Part shown: one piece after another, positions 1-12,549 of the stretch
Layout of the letters: every line of letters begins with the position of its first letter
Numbering within the stretch: the first letter of the stretch is position 1
NCBI GenBank assembly: GCA_038087875.1
Contig: JAXLNO010000706.1
Location: forward strand, 1 to 63,752
Direction of reading: 5' to 3'
DNA length: 63,752 nt
Origin: Malacoraja senta
Lineage: Eukaryota
Made by a program: the position numbers and the translations under genes
The notes under the pieces: model-generated
Seen by the model: only the letters and a program-made list of their open reading frames with translations
Told to the model about the DNA's origin: nothing
Database searches by the model: none

Positions 1-115
1 AGTACAATCAGCAGGGATCTGACTCCCAATCAGCTGCTCCCTCTTGTCTGCGTCCACCAATCAGCGGCTTCCTCAAACCCACTTGTTTTTGAAGTGGAAC
101 GTTGCCGATTTGGGT

Positions 116-886
116 TCCTTTTTAAGTCCTACCGCTCGGTTGTAGCTCCTCCCTCAGCGACCTCTCCAACGGCTTTCGGACCTCTGTTAGGAACAAGCCC
201 CCGCGCTCCTTTTTAAGTCCTACCGCTCGGTTGTAGCTCCTCCCTCAGCGACCTCTCCAACGGCTTTCGGACCTCTGTTAGGAACAAGCCCCCGCGCTCC
301 TTTTTAAGTCCTACCGCTCGGTTGTAGCTCCTCCCTCAGCGACCTCTCCAACGGCTTTCGGACCTCTGTTAGGAACAAGCCCCCGCGCTCCTTTTTAAGT
401 CCTACCGCTCGGTTGTAGCTCCTCCCTCAGCGACCTCTCCAACGGCTTTCGGACCTCTGTTAGGAACAAGCCCCCGCGCTCCTTTTTAAGTCCTACCGCT
501 CGGTTGTAGCTCCTCCCTCAGCGACCTCTCCAACGGCTTTCGGAACTCTGTTATGAACAAGCCCCCGCGCTCCTTTTTAAGTCCTACCGCTCGGTTGTAG
601 CTCCTCCCTCAGCGACCTCTCCAACGGCTTTCGGACCTCTGTTAGGAACAAGCCCCCGCGCTCCTTTTTAAGTCCTACCGCTCGGTTGTAGCTCCTCCCT
701 CAGCGACCTCTCCAACGGCTTTCGGACCTCTGTTAGGAACAAGCCCCCGCGCTCCTTTTTAAGTCCTACCGCTCGGTTGTAGCTCCTCCCTCAGCGACCT
801 CTCCAACGGCTTTCGGACCTCTGTTAGGAACAAGCCCCCGCGCTCCTTTTTAAGTCCTACCGCTCGGTTGTAGCTCCTCCCTCAGC
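116..886. repeat. 91-bp tandem array, about 8.5 near-identical copies
   Basis: tttaagtcctaccgctcgg recurs at 121, 212, 303 and onward with period 91; very few mismatches (for example near 545 and 554). Confidence 0.95.
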
Positions 887-1275
887 CATAAAACCACATA
901 AAGGGCACTCACAGTTCAGTAGACACTCAGTGTTGTGTAGATTCCCAGCTCAGACTGAGAGTCGTAGCCTCTCCCTCGCCATCTTGCAGCGACTGAGCCA
1001 TGTCCAGACATTCGGGTTTTATAGTCCCTCCCCCCACATGGAAGGGGCGTGGCCTTCATGGCAGTGATTGACAGGAGAGAGAATCTCAAGATTTTTAAAA
1101 CACTAATAATTCTTTTATTTTTCATCGATGGGAAAAATCCTCGGGGCCTGATCATCGGAGGAAGACTCTGAGTAAGATGGCCAAAAAATCACAGCCATAT
1201 ATGGCAATGTTTTTTCTAAAATCAAACAACAGCTCAAACAGGAAGTTGTCAAATTGAAACTTTTAATTATACAGA
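887..1275 (-). mobile_element. 5' fragment of a non-autonomous Helitron (same family as 19329-20705)
   Basis: Reverse complement starts a|TCTGTATAATTAAAAG...ACTTCCTG and aligns by eye to 19329-19700; truncated at the 91-bp array. Confidence 0.7.
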
Positions 1276-1639
1276 TAATCGGGTTTCCGGAAACTTAAAA
1301 GTAGACACTTACTGAAGAATCACCCATGCTCTGGGTTGGGTCAGTAAAGATATGAGATCATTTGGAACACACTTCACCACACCTCAATGCATTTTGGTTG
1401 TAAAGGTCTTAAACAGACATCCTCTGGCTAAGAAGCACATATAACCTTATAGCAAGTCCCCTTTCTTCTTGGAGGCAAAAGGAACTGCAGATGCTGGATA
1501 CAAAAAAAGACACAAGGTGCTGGAGTAACTCTGCGGATCAGGCAGCATCTCTGGAGAACATGGATATCATCTGATATTTCATGAAATTCTGAATGTCTTA
1601 CGAAGAGTAAAAGGCGTGGATAGAAATAGTTGTCAAAGG

Positions 1640-3040
1640 TATCGTTGGGAAAAGGGAAAGTACAACGGGATCTGGGGATCCTTGTTCATCAGTCAATGAA
1701 AGTAAGCATGCAGGTACTGCAGGCAGTGAAGAAAGCGAATGGCATGTTGGCCTTCATAACAAGAGGAGTTGAGTATAGGGGGTGGGGGGGTAGGAAGGGG
1801 GAAACTGTTTTTCAAGTCCCTACCTGGTCGGAGAGGTGGCTTTCCTCCGAGCAGCACCTTCGACCCGTCCTCGCGGCCTACCAGCGGGGCCTGGAGCGGT
1901 GCTTCCAGAGGGGACCGGCCAGAACCTCGGCTTCAGCGACAGCACAGCGCTGGAGCGCTATTGCGGAGCGGGCGACCCCTTGCCTGGGTCGCCGCGCTGG
2001 AACTCCGGTATGCTGGGACCGCCGATGAAAAAAACATCGCAGAGCCGCAGTGTCTGTGGAGCGGCCAGCTGCGGGCGGCGGCGCTGAACATTGCATCGGG
2101 AGTCTGGGATCTCTCGCCGGGATCGCCAGTGTGTGGAGCTCCGTCCAACGCAGCCTGTTGGCTTGGGAAGCCGCGGTCTCCGGTGAGGAGACGGCCGTTC
2201 CAGGTTTCCCAAACCGCAGAGAGGGTTCTCCCGACGCCGGAGCACCATCACCTGGCGAGAACGGCCGGGAACATCGGGCCCCATAGCGGCGACTGCGGAG
2301 GCCTCAATAGGCCCGACTATGGGTGGACATGGGGATGGGGACTGGACTTTGTGCCTCCCCTCACAGTGGGAACCATTGTGGGGGGATGTTTTTATGTTTT
2401 AATGTTAAACATCTTCTTTAATGCTATGTTGTATTTTTTATTAGTGTGCTGCAAGGACATCCCCTGAATAAGGGGATTAATAACGTATTCATTATTATTA
2501 TTATTATTATTATTAAAAGAGTTCCTTCTGTAGTTGTACAGGGCCCTGGTGAGACCACACCTGGAGTATTGTGTGCAGTTTTGGTCTCCAAATTTGAGGA
2601 AGGACATTCTTGCTATTGAGGGAATGCAGCGTAGGTTTACAAGGTTAATTCCCCGGATGGCGGGACTGTCATCTGCTGAGAGAATGGAGCAGCTGGGCTT
2701 GTATACTCCGGAATTTAGGATGAGAGGGTATCTATTGAAATATATAAGATTATTAAGGGTTTGGACACGTTAGAGGCAGGAAACATGTTCTCGATGTTGG
2801 GGGAGTTTAAGAATAAGGGGCCAGCCGTTTAGAACAGAGATGAGGAAACACGTTTTCATGCAGAGAGTGGTGAGGCTGTAGAATTCTCTGCCTCAAAGGG
2901 CGGTGGAGGCCGGTTCTCTGGAAACTTTCGAGAGAGAGCTAGATAGGGCTCTTGAAGATAGGGGGGTATGGGGAGAAGGCAGGAACGGGGTACTGATTGT
3001 GGATGATCAGCCATGATCACATTGAATGGCGGTGCTGGCC
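1640..3040 (+). mobile_element. CR1 LINE 3' fragment interrupted by a GC-rich element (about 1780-2514) with an (ATT)n tail
   Basis: QRDLGILVHQSMKVSMQV...GVEYR resumes at ~2515 with LYRALVRPHLEYCVQFWSP. Confidence 0.85.
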
Positions 3041-4148
3041 CTATATCCCCTGACTCCGCTATCTTCAAGAGCCCATTAATTTACAGGTATTAAACATTCC
3101 TTCCATTTGGCCTGTAAATCCATGACAATGAGATTTAAAAATTATGTTATATTGTGAATTCTTGTGTGAATGTTATTTGGAAACTTAGGCTATTTAAAAA
3201 TGTTAATCTATTCTTAAGAAATTGATAGATGTTTAGATCCAGTAATTGAATTTTGTAATTAGCTACAATTAGGTAACTAACTAATTATATGCTTTAATTT
3301 CATGTCATCTAAGTAAGATTGTTTCATATTTGTTTCAGAATGCTTCAATCTATAATAACTGAAAAATTATTTCAGTTCTCTTAATTTTTAAAAAGGTTAT
3401 GGGCTTTTGACTGTCCTTGATCACAGCTTTTGTGTTGTCAATGGAAAAGCAATAGGGAACAAGATGCTAATTTCCGAGTATGAAAATGGCCATAACTTTT
3501 TTAATACTGAAGATATGAAAGTGAATTAGGTGTCAAATTAAACTTCTTTTTATGCTTTATCTGATGCGATAAATTACAGACTTTATTTTTTAAATCCCAA
3601 AATTTTGTAACATTCTTCACAAACAACAGCCGACTCAGCGAAGATGAAGAGCTTTCTTGATAAGTGCAGCCTCCCATCCCTCAGTGAGAAGGGACGGGAG
3701 GAACTAGGTGCAGAGATAACAATAAAGGACATTTCAGAGACCATTAAATCACTGAAAAATGGAAAAACTCCCGGCCCTAACGGGCTCAATAACGAATTTT
3801 AACGACATAATTTCCCCACGCCTACGAAGCCTATACACTCAAGCATTCAAGGAACAGACCTTACCACAGACTCTTGCAGAATCAATTATTATGTTAATTC
3901 CTAAAAAAGATAAAAAATCTCGAAGGGCCAGGATCCTATAGAGCAATTGCCCTCTTAAATGTTGACCAGAAGATCCTAGCCAAGACTTTGGCTCGTAGAC
4001 TTAGCCTAGTCAAACTTAGCAAATTAGTACACCCAGATCAAACCGGGTTCATACCTAAACGACACTCATTTTATAATTTGAGACGTCTGTTTAATATAAT
4101 GTATTCGCAGAGAATACCAAACGAAGACCTAACAATCATTTCACTGGA

Positions 4149-7100
4149 AGGAGGAATTACATTCTGTAGTTGGAATATAAGGGGTGCCAATGAACCAATT
4201 AAAAGGGGTAAAATTTTTGCTCAATTAAAATCTTTGAATTGTGACATAATGTTTTTGCAGGAAACACACATGAAACAACAAACACAGATGAGATTAAAGG
4301 TGAAGTGGATAGGTCAAACATATTATTCTTCATTTACTTCTAAATCTAGAGGTACGGCTATTCTTATTCGGAAAGGTATACCTTTTAAATTAAAGAATAC
4401 TATTTCAGATAAAGAGGGAAGGTATATTATAGTTTCGGGAGAAATTTATTGAACTCCATTGACTATGATAAATATTTACGCTCCGTACTTTGACAACCCC
4501 CAATTTTTAAATAAAATTATAGATATAATATCAGAGTTTAATTACCAAAATGTAATAATAGGGGGGGACTTCAATTGTGTTTTAGATCCATACTTAGACA
4601 AATCAGTAAAACAAAGGAGGGGTAATTTAAAATTTAAGACTAGTGAACTTCTAAATATATATATAAAAAATACTAATATAACAGACGTATGGAGAACTGC
4701 TAATCCAACTGGAAGGAAATACTCGTTTTACTCAACGGTACATAAAACTTAGTCACGAATTGATTATTTTTTAGTGGATATAAAATTAATTCCATATACA
4801 ATTAATCCTTCATACCACACCAGCATTATTTCTGATCATTCTCCGTTGACATTTCTATTAAAATTTGAGGGAATGCCGGGTAAAAAATCTTTTTGGAGGT
4901 TTAATACACAAATTCTAAACGACTCACAAGGTTATAAATATTTAAAACAACAAATGAAACTTTTTTTTGAGACAAATGAAACACCAGGTATTTCACCTTC
5001 TTTATTATGGGAAACTTTCAAGGCATTTATTAGAGGAGTTATAATTTCATATCAAATTTTTCAAAATAAAAAGAATAAGACAGAACAACTGATGCTAGAA
5101 CAAGAAATGACACAATTAGATAATGCCAAAGATCCTACTACAGATAAACATAACAAGATAATACTCCTGAAATTTAAACTTAATCGAATTTTATCGGCAA
5201 GAGTAATAAGATTATTCCAAATTACAAAACAGGAACATTTCGAATTTGGTGACAAACCACATAAACTCTTAGCTCATCAATTGAAAAATCCAGAAAAGGA
5301 AAATACTATCACTAAAATTAAATCAGAGAAAGGTGAATTACTAATATTACCTAAGGATATTAACAATAGATTTGCTCAATTTTATCAAAATTTATATACA
5401 TCTAAAACTAAAATAGAAGATAGTAAAATTATAAATTTTTTAGATAACTGTAATCTTCCAAAACTTGATCTTTCGGAACAAGAGGAATTAGGAGCTCAGA
5501 TTACACTTGAAGAAATAGGTGAAACAATAAAATCGTTGAAAAATGGTAAGACGCCTGGACCAGATGGGTTTAGTAATGAATTTTATAAAAGATTTCATGA
5601 GATAACGACTCCATACTTATTTAATTTATATACTCACGCCTTTAAAGAAAATATACTACCAGAAACATTAGATGAATCAACTATTATGCTTATTCCAAAA
5701 AAAAAAAAAGATTTAGATGAACCGGGCTCATATAGAGCTATATCACTTTCAAATACAGATCAGAAAATTTTAGCAAAGACTTTAGTAAGAAGATTGAGTA
5801 AATACATTAGTAAATTGATAAATCCTGATCAAACGGGGTTTATACCCAAAAGACATTCATTTAATAATTTGAGACGCCTGTTTAATATAACGTACTCACA
5901 TAAAACGGAGGAAGAAGATATATATATTGTTTCTCTGGATGCAGAGAAAGCATTTAATCAGGTAGAGTGGCAGTATTTTTATAAAGTACTGCAAAAATTT
6001 AATATGGGAGAGAATTTTATTGTATGGGTAAAATTATTATATGATAAACCGATGGCAAGAATATTAACCAATAATATGTTATCTCCAAAATTTCAATTAT
6101 CAAGGGGCAAAAGGCAGGGATGTGCGTTATCACCCCTGCTATTTGCCCTTATGATAGAGCCCCTGGCTGAAAGTATAAGAATTCATCCGAATATTCAGGG
6201 ATATAATACTAGGGACTCAAATAATAAAATTCCATTATATGCAGACGATATACTTTTATATATTACAAATTCACAAACGAGCATACCAAATTTATTAAAT
6301 TTAATAGAGGAATTCAGGTCCTTTTCTGGATATAGAATAAACTGGAATAAAAGTGAAATCATGATGTTAAAACCTCAAGAATCTACACACATTCAAATTC
6401 CCCTTTAAAATTGCAACAGAAAAATTTAAGTATTTGGGTATTCAAATTACTAGAAAATATAAAGAATTATTTAATGCTAATTTTATGCCTTTATTAAATA
6501 AACTCAACGCGTTGATTAAATTCTGGAAAACACTTCCCTTAACATTAATAGGTAGAATAAACGCTATAAAAATGATCTTTTTACCACAATTATTATACCT
6601 ATTTCAATCTACACTCTAATATTACTAATTTTATTTGGGACTATAGATCACACAGAATTTAAAAAAAAACACTTATGTAAACCAAAAGATGTCGGGGGAC
6701 TTTCACTTCCGAACATTTTGTATTACTATTGGGCAGTGCATATTAAGAATATAATTTACTGGTTGGACAGTTCTACCCAACAGACAGAATGGATAAGAAT
6801 GGAGAAAGAGGATTGTTCCCCTTGTAACATAGGAGCGATCCTCTTCTCCCCGATAAAACTGAACAACATAATATATAAGAATAATCCAATTTTACATGAT
6901 ACAATAAGAATTTGGAAACAAATAAAATTATCTTTAAAATTGAGAAATCTATCATTGTTAATGCCAATAGTGAATAATCCTTCATTTAAACCATCTCTTA
7001 TTAATAAAACATATAACCAATGGCAAAGAATGGGAATTAAAAGGATCGGTGATATGTATGAAATGGAAAATCTGTTATCATTCCAACAATTACAATTAAA

Positions 7101-8202
7101 ATTTAAACTGAAAAATAACCAATATTTTAAATATATTCAGATTTGCGACTTCATGAAGAAATACATACAAAGATATCAAAACATAATTTCTGATCCACTG
7201 GAAGAAGCAATAAATATTAAGGCTGACTCACAGAAATTAATATCATATTTATATAATAGTATTTTAAATATAGACCTACCATCGACAGAGGTACTTAGGG
7301 AAGAGTGGGAACGAGAATTAATGATAAAAATTACGAAGGAAACATGGGAAAAGTATTTGATATATATACACAAATATTCGATTAATGTAAGACATAATTT
7401 AATTCAATTTAAAATTTTACATAGATTATATTATTCAAAAACTAGATTGAATAAATTCTATCCAAATATGTCCCCCATTTGTGATAAATGTTTATCCCAA
7501 AATGCAACTCTAACACACTCTTTTGTTTCCTGCATAAAACTTTATAAATTTTGGAGTGATATTTTTGAAATATTTACAAAATTATTTAAGATAAAAATGG
7601 AACCTAATACTGAAATGATTATATTTGGAGTAATGGAAGATGGGAATAAATTGAACTCATCTCAAAATTTATTTTTTAATTATGGTTTAATAATGGCAAA
7701 AAAACGAATACTTAAATTTTGGAAAAATACACCAATACCAACGCTTAAAATGTGGATTTCAAGCATGTTGGACACCGCACATCTTGAGGAAATGCGATTC
7801 CTCCTAATAGATAAATCAGACCAATTCTTAACGAGTTGGTCTCCATTTGTCGTCTTTTTGGAAGCATATGGTGCAACAGAATCGTAGAAGCTAACTGTTC
7901 CAGGACTGGGTGAGGGATGGTCAAGAATATAGATAATGATCTCCTTAATCTTTTACTTGCTACTCTTTTTCTTTCTATCTTCTTTTCTTCACTTTTCTTC
8001 TTTCACCCTTTTTTCTTTCTCACACACTATATATCACACGTTTTTCTATCTTTTATTATCTATTCTCTCTTTTTCTTTTTCATTATAAAAAAAAATAAGA
8101 AGCTGTACATAAAATGTATTATGTCAATATATATTAGGCACTTTGGTGCCATATGATTGTACTTCCAATAAAATTAAAATATTTTAAAATTTAAAAAAAA
8201 AA
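4149..8202 (+). mobile_element. L1 LINE, 5'-truncated, nearly whole ORF2 (APE endonuclease, RT, C-terminal CCHC), 3' UTR and poly(A); disrupted
   Basis: SWNIRG, FLQETH, GGDFN, SDHS (EN); GPDGF, LDAEKAF, RQGCALSPLLF, YADD (RT); CDKC...HSFVSC; AATAAA 8167-8172; 15-bp TSD AATCATTTCACTGGA at 4134-4148 and 8203-8217. Confidence 0.95.
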
Positions 8203-8741
8203 AATCATTTCACTGGACGCCGAAAAGGCTTTAGATCAAGTGGATTGATCTTACCTTTTCACAGTTGGAAAAATTCCAATTGGGAGAAAACTTCACTTTA
8301 TGGGTGAAGCTTTTATATACTAATCCGACAGCTAGAATACTAACAAACCAAATGCTTTCACTAAATTTCATTTATTCAGGGGCAATAGACAAGGATGCGC
8401 TCTCTCCCCGATGCTATTTGCATTGGCCATAGAACCCTTGCCGAGAGTATCAGGTCCCATCCAGGCATATATGTATACAATACTAAACATATTTCTAATA
8501 AAATTTCCCTATATGCAGATGATGTACTGCTATACGTTACCAATCCCCAAATCAGGATTCCAAATTTATTAACTACTACAGAACAATTTGGTTCCTTTTC
8601 TGGCTATAGAATCAATTGGAACAAAAGTGAAATTATGCCAATAAAAGAACAAGACGTCAACAGTTTCCCTTTAGAATCGTTACTGAAAAATTCAGATACC
8701 TTGGAGTTTCCGTTACCATAATATATTCCCTTTTGTTTAAA

Positions 8742-9150
8742 ACAATAGACAATAGACAATAGGTGCAGGAGTCGGCCATTTGGCCCTTTGAGCCAGCACC
8801 GCCATTCAATGTGATCATGGCTGATCATCCCCAATCAGTACCCCGTTCCTACCTTCTCTCCATATCCCCTGGCTCCGCTATTTTTAAGAGCCCTATCTAG
8901 CTCTCTCTTGAAAGCATCCAGAGAACTTGCCCCCATCGCCCTCTGAGGCAGATAATTCCACAGACTCACAACTCTCTGTGAGAAAAAGTGTTTCCTCGTC
9001 TCCGTTCTAAATGGCTTACTCCTTATTCTTAAACTGTGGCCCCTGGTTCTGGACTCCCCCAACATCGGGAACATGTTTCCTGCCTCTAGCGTGTCCAAGC
9101 CCTTAACAATCTTATATGTTTCAATGAGATACCCTCTCATCCTTCTAAAT
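8742..9150 (-). mobile_element. CR1 3' end fragment
   Basis: RRMRGYLIETYKIVKGLD...TRGHSL...FFSQRVVSLWN with a (CTATTGT)n tail. Confidence 0.9.
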
Positions 9151-9659
9151 TTCCCTCCATTAATTACTAAATTCAATTTTGGAAAACACTGCCTATTTCT
9201 CTTCTCGGTAGACTAAATGCCGTAAAGATGATCTTTCTCCTGCAACTTTTATACTTATTCCAGTCAATACCGATATATCTTCCCAAAAGTGTTTTCAAAA
9301 AAATTGATTCCATTGTCACTAATTTCATCTGGGACTATAAAAGCCACCGAATACACAAATGACATCTGTGTAAATCTAAAGAAAATGGAGGACTAGCCTT
9401 ACCTAACTTCCTCTTTTACTACGGCAACCAATATTAAAACTATAATTTTCTGGCTGGATGATTCATACCAACAGGCAATCTGGCTAAAAATGGAAAAGGA
9501 AGATTGCTTGCCTTTCTGTATAGGCTCGATAGTCGTGTCTCCAATATCACTGAATAAGTCAACGTATGAGCATAACCCGATAATACACAGTACTTCCGTA
9601 TCTGGAAACAGTTGAAACTGTCCTGGGAGTGATTATAGATCATAAACTTTGTTGGAAGC

Positions 9660-10950
9660 CACATATAGAATACATCAAACGGAAATTATCTAAATCCATT
9701 GCTATTCTTTACAAAACAAAGGATCTGTTGAATAAGAAGTGTGTGTATATATTGTATTGCTCGCTTATAATGCCATATATGTCATATTGGACATTATAGG
9801 CCATAGAGGGAGTGCAGAGAAGGTTCACCAGACTGATTCCTGGGATGTCAGGACTTTCATATGAAGAAAGACTGGATAGACTTGGCTTATACTCGCTAGA
9901 ATTTAGGAGATTGAGAGGGGATCTTATAGAAACGTACAAAATTCTTATGGGGTTGGACAGGCTAGATGCAGGAAGATTGTTCCCGATGTTGGGGAAGTCC
10001 AGGACAAGGGGTCACAGCTTAAGGATAAGGGGGAAATCCTTTAAGACCGAGATGAGGAAAAACTTTTTCACACAGAGAGTGGTGAATCTCTGGAACTCTC
10101 TGCCACAAAGGGTAGTTGAGGCCAGTTCATTGGCTATATTTAAGAGGGAGTTAGATGTGGCCCTTGTGGCTAAGGGGATCAGGGGGTATGGAGAGAAGGC
10201 AGGTACGGGATACTGAGTTGGATGATCAGCCATGATCATATTGAATGGCGGTGCAGGCTCGAAGGGCTGAATGGCCTACTCCTGCACCTATTTTCTATGT
10301 ATCTATGTATATTGTGTTGAAGTTTGGGGAAATGTATATAAAACAAATATAGACCCTATAATTAAACTCCTGAAAAGAGCTATTAGAATAATACATACAT
10401 CTTCTAACCATGAAACTACAAATCCATTATTCATAAAGTCCGTTACCTTAACATTTTTGGATATTGTGCATGTAAAGACATTAGAAATACTTTTCCGAGT
10501 TAGGAATAAAAGCCTTCCTGTTAGTATTCAAAAAAAAATGTAAATGAAGAGAAGGACATTATAATTTAAGAGGGTTGTGTATTTTTGAAACATGTAAAGT
10601 GAGAACCAATGTGAAATATAGATGTGTCTCAGTTTTGGGAGTCAAATTATGGAACGGGCTTAGTGATGAGTTGAAATTTTGTAGCTCTCTGTCGAGTTTC
10701 AAAAAAGCCTTAAAATGTAAAATAATTAAGGATTATAATGTAAAATGATTAAAATGTAAAATAAGTAAGGATTACAATCGAGTAAATTTTATTTTTTTTC
10801 TTTCCTTTGTAATGCTGATATTCTGGGTTATCTTATCTTATGGATTGTATAGGATAGGCAAAAATAAGCTTGGTGGCTTCAGCCTATTCCTTTCTTTTAT
10901 GTACAATTGCTTCCAATAAAAATAAAAAGTAAAACAAATATTTTAAAAAT
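9660..10950 (+). mobile_element. AT-rich L2/Crack-like LINE 3' portion interrupted by a CR1 fragment (about 9789-10308)
   Basis: HIEYIKRKLSKSIAILYK...LYCSLIMPYMSY|CVEVWGNVYKTNIDPIIKLLKRAIRII; C-terminal motif of CR1/L2-group LINEs. Confidence 0.65.
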
Positions 10951-10951
10951 T

Positions 10952-11508
10952 TAGGGCTTGGACACGCTAGAGGCAGGAAACATGTTCCCGATGTTGGGGG
11001 AGTCCAGAACCAGGGGCCACAGTTTAAGAATAAGGGGTAAGCCATTTAGAACGGAGATGAGGAAACACGTTTTCAGGCAGAGAGTTGTGAGTCTGTGGAA
11101 TTCTCTGCCTCAAAGGGCGGTGGAGGCCGGTTTTCTGGAAACTTTCAAGAGAGAGCTCTTGAAGATAGCGGAGTCAGGGGATATAGGGAGAAGGCACGAA
11201 CGGGTTACTGATTGTGGATGATCAGCCATGATCACATTGAATGGCGGTGCTGGCTTGAAGGGCCGAATGGCCTACACCTGCACCTATTGTCTATTGTCTG
11301 GAGTGGATGTGGAGAGGATGTTTCCACTAGTGGGAGAGTCCAGGACCAGAGGGCACAGCCTCAGAATAAAAAGATGTACCTTTAGAAAGGAGATGAGGAG
11401 GAATTTCTTTAGTCAGAGAGTGGTGAATCTGTGGAATTCATTGCCACAGACGGCAGCGGAGGCCAAGTCAATGGGTATTTTCAAAGCGGAGATTGTCAGG
11501 TTCTTGAC
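10952..11508 (+). mobile_element. Two tandem CR1 3' fragments
   Basis: Repeated ESRTRGHSLRI...FFSQRVVNLWNSLP peptides. Confidence 0.85.
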
Positions 11509-11719
11509 ACTCTGTGTCCCCTTTATTCTTAACGCCCCGTGCAGTGGACTAGAGGCTCAGCATATTGCTAACACCTGTACCCACTCTTCCACTCGGGATT
11601 ATAAACTAAACTCAACTCTCCCTCTTTGCTTCCCTTACTACCTGCTGCCTATTCACTCTCTGCATTTCCACTTGTATTTCTTTCTTTCTTTACTTTTTCA
11701 CTCTCCACGCTCTTCACGT

Positions 11720-11965
11720 ATACTGTCTCCCCTCTCTGCATTCTCTCTATCTCTCTCCATCCCTCTCTCTCCCTCTCTCTCCCTTCCCTCCATCCCTCTC
11801 TCTCCATCCATCCCTCTCTCTCTCCCCCTCTCTCTCTCTCTCTCTCTTTCTCTCGCTCTTTCTCTCTCTCCCTCTCCCTCCATCCCTCTCTCTCCCTCCA
11901 CCCCCCTCTCCCTCTCTCCCCTCTCTCCTCCTCTCTCTCTCACCCCCTCTCTCTCTCCTCCTCTC
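11720..11965. repeat. CT-rich low-complexity tract
   Basis: (CT)n/CCATCC runs; source of spurious SL/ER-rich ORFs. Confidence 0.95.
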
Positions 11966-12514
11966 GCTTTCCTTTTAGACTTCAGAGATCTGTTCCGTAT
12001 TCATGCCGTCTATAATTCTGTTGTGCTGAAGCAAAGCAAGAATTGCATTGTCCTATCTGGGACACATGACAATAAACTCTCTTGAATCTTGAATCTTGAA
12101 TCTTAAGATACAGCGCGGAAACCGTGCCTTTGGCCAACCAAGACCACGCCGACCAGTGATCAGCGCGTGCACGGCTCGGTGAAGTTTAGTAACTCTGTCG
12201 GCGCCAGAGCCGTGGCGATCTTGTGTGCTGCCTCGGTGATGTCTGCTGTACGATTTTACTGGGTTGTATGCAAGAACGAAGCCTTTAACTGTACCTCGGT
12301 ACATGTGCCAATACAGTATGGTTGAACCATTCCACCGTTGAATACGGCAGGGCTGGTGCCAGTGTCATTTGCACCCAAACAGAAGGTGTCCAGAAAGCTG
12401 TGGGGTGTCTCCGTGGCGATGAGCGGGCGAGTCGTGTAGTCGCCCTGGACAGGGGTGGGAGCCGGCGCAGGCCACCTCTCACCAGGATCCGCGCCCATCG
12501 CCCATCTCCAGCCT

Positions 12515-12549
12515 CTACCGACTCGTCACCACCGCGGCGTAGATCACCT
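12515..12549 (-). CDS. Terminal coding exon EVIYAAVVTSR* with canonical ITIM
   Basis: cttcttgagttccag|AGGTGATCTACGCCGCGGTGGTGACGAGTCGGTAG; phase-1 entry matches the upstream exon; VIYAAV fits (I/V/L/S)xYxx(L/V). Confidence 0.85.

Larger units (their letters stand above)
3590..9630 (+). mobile_element. Older degenerate L1 (ORF2 RT region), split by a younger L1 and a CR1
   Basis: Fragments LVHPDQTGFIPKRHSFYNLRRLFNI...IISL|DAEKA and ISLYADDVLLY flank the insertions. Confidence 0.85.

Noticed and set aside
116..886. CRISPR-like periodicity (also 21769-22160 and 42078-42303)
   Set aside because: Units are wholly repeated with no unique spacers, there are no cas genes, and the context is vertebrate.
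1769..2467. 232-aa GC-rich ORF
   Set aside because: Lies within a non-autonomous insert in a CR1; open frames on both strands reflect GC content.
3040..3074. Short inverted copy of the CR1 3' region (matches about 2946-2970)
   Set aside because: A local snap-back rearrangement in a dead element, with no evidence of function.
11228..12085. 285-aa ORF
   Set aside because: Chimera of CR1 tails and a CT low-complexity tract.
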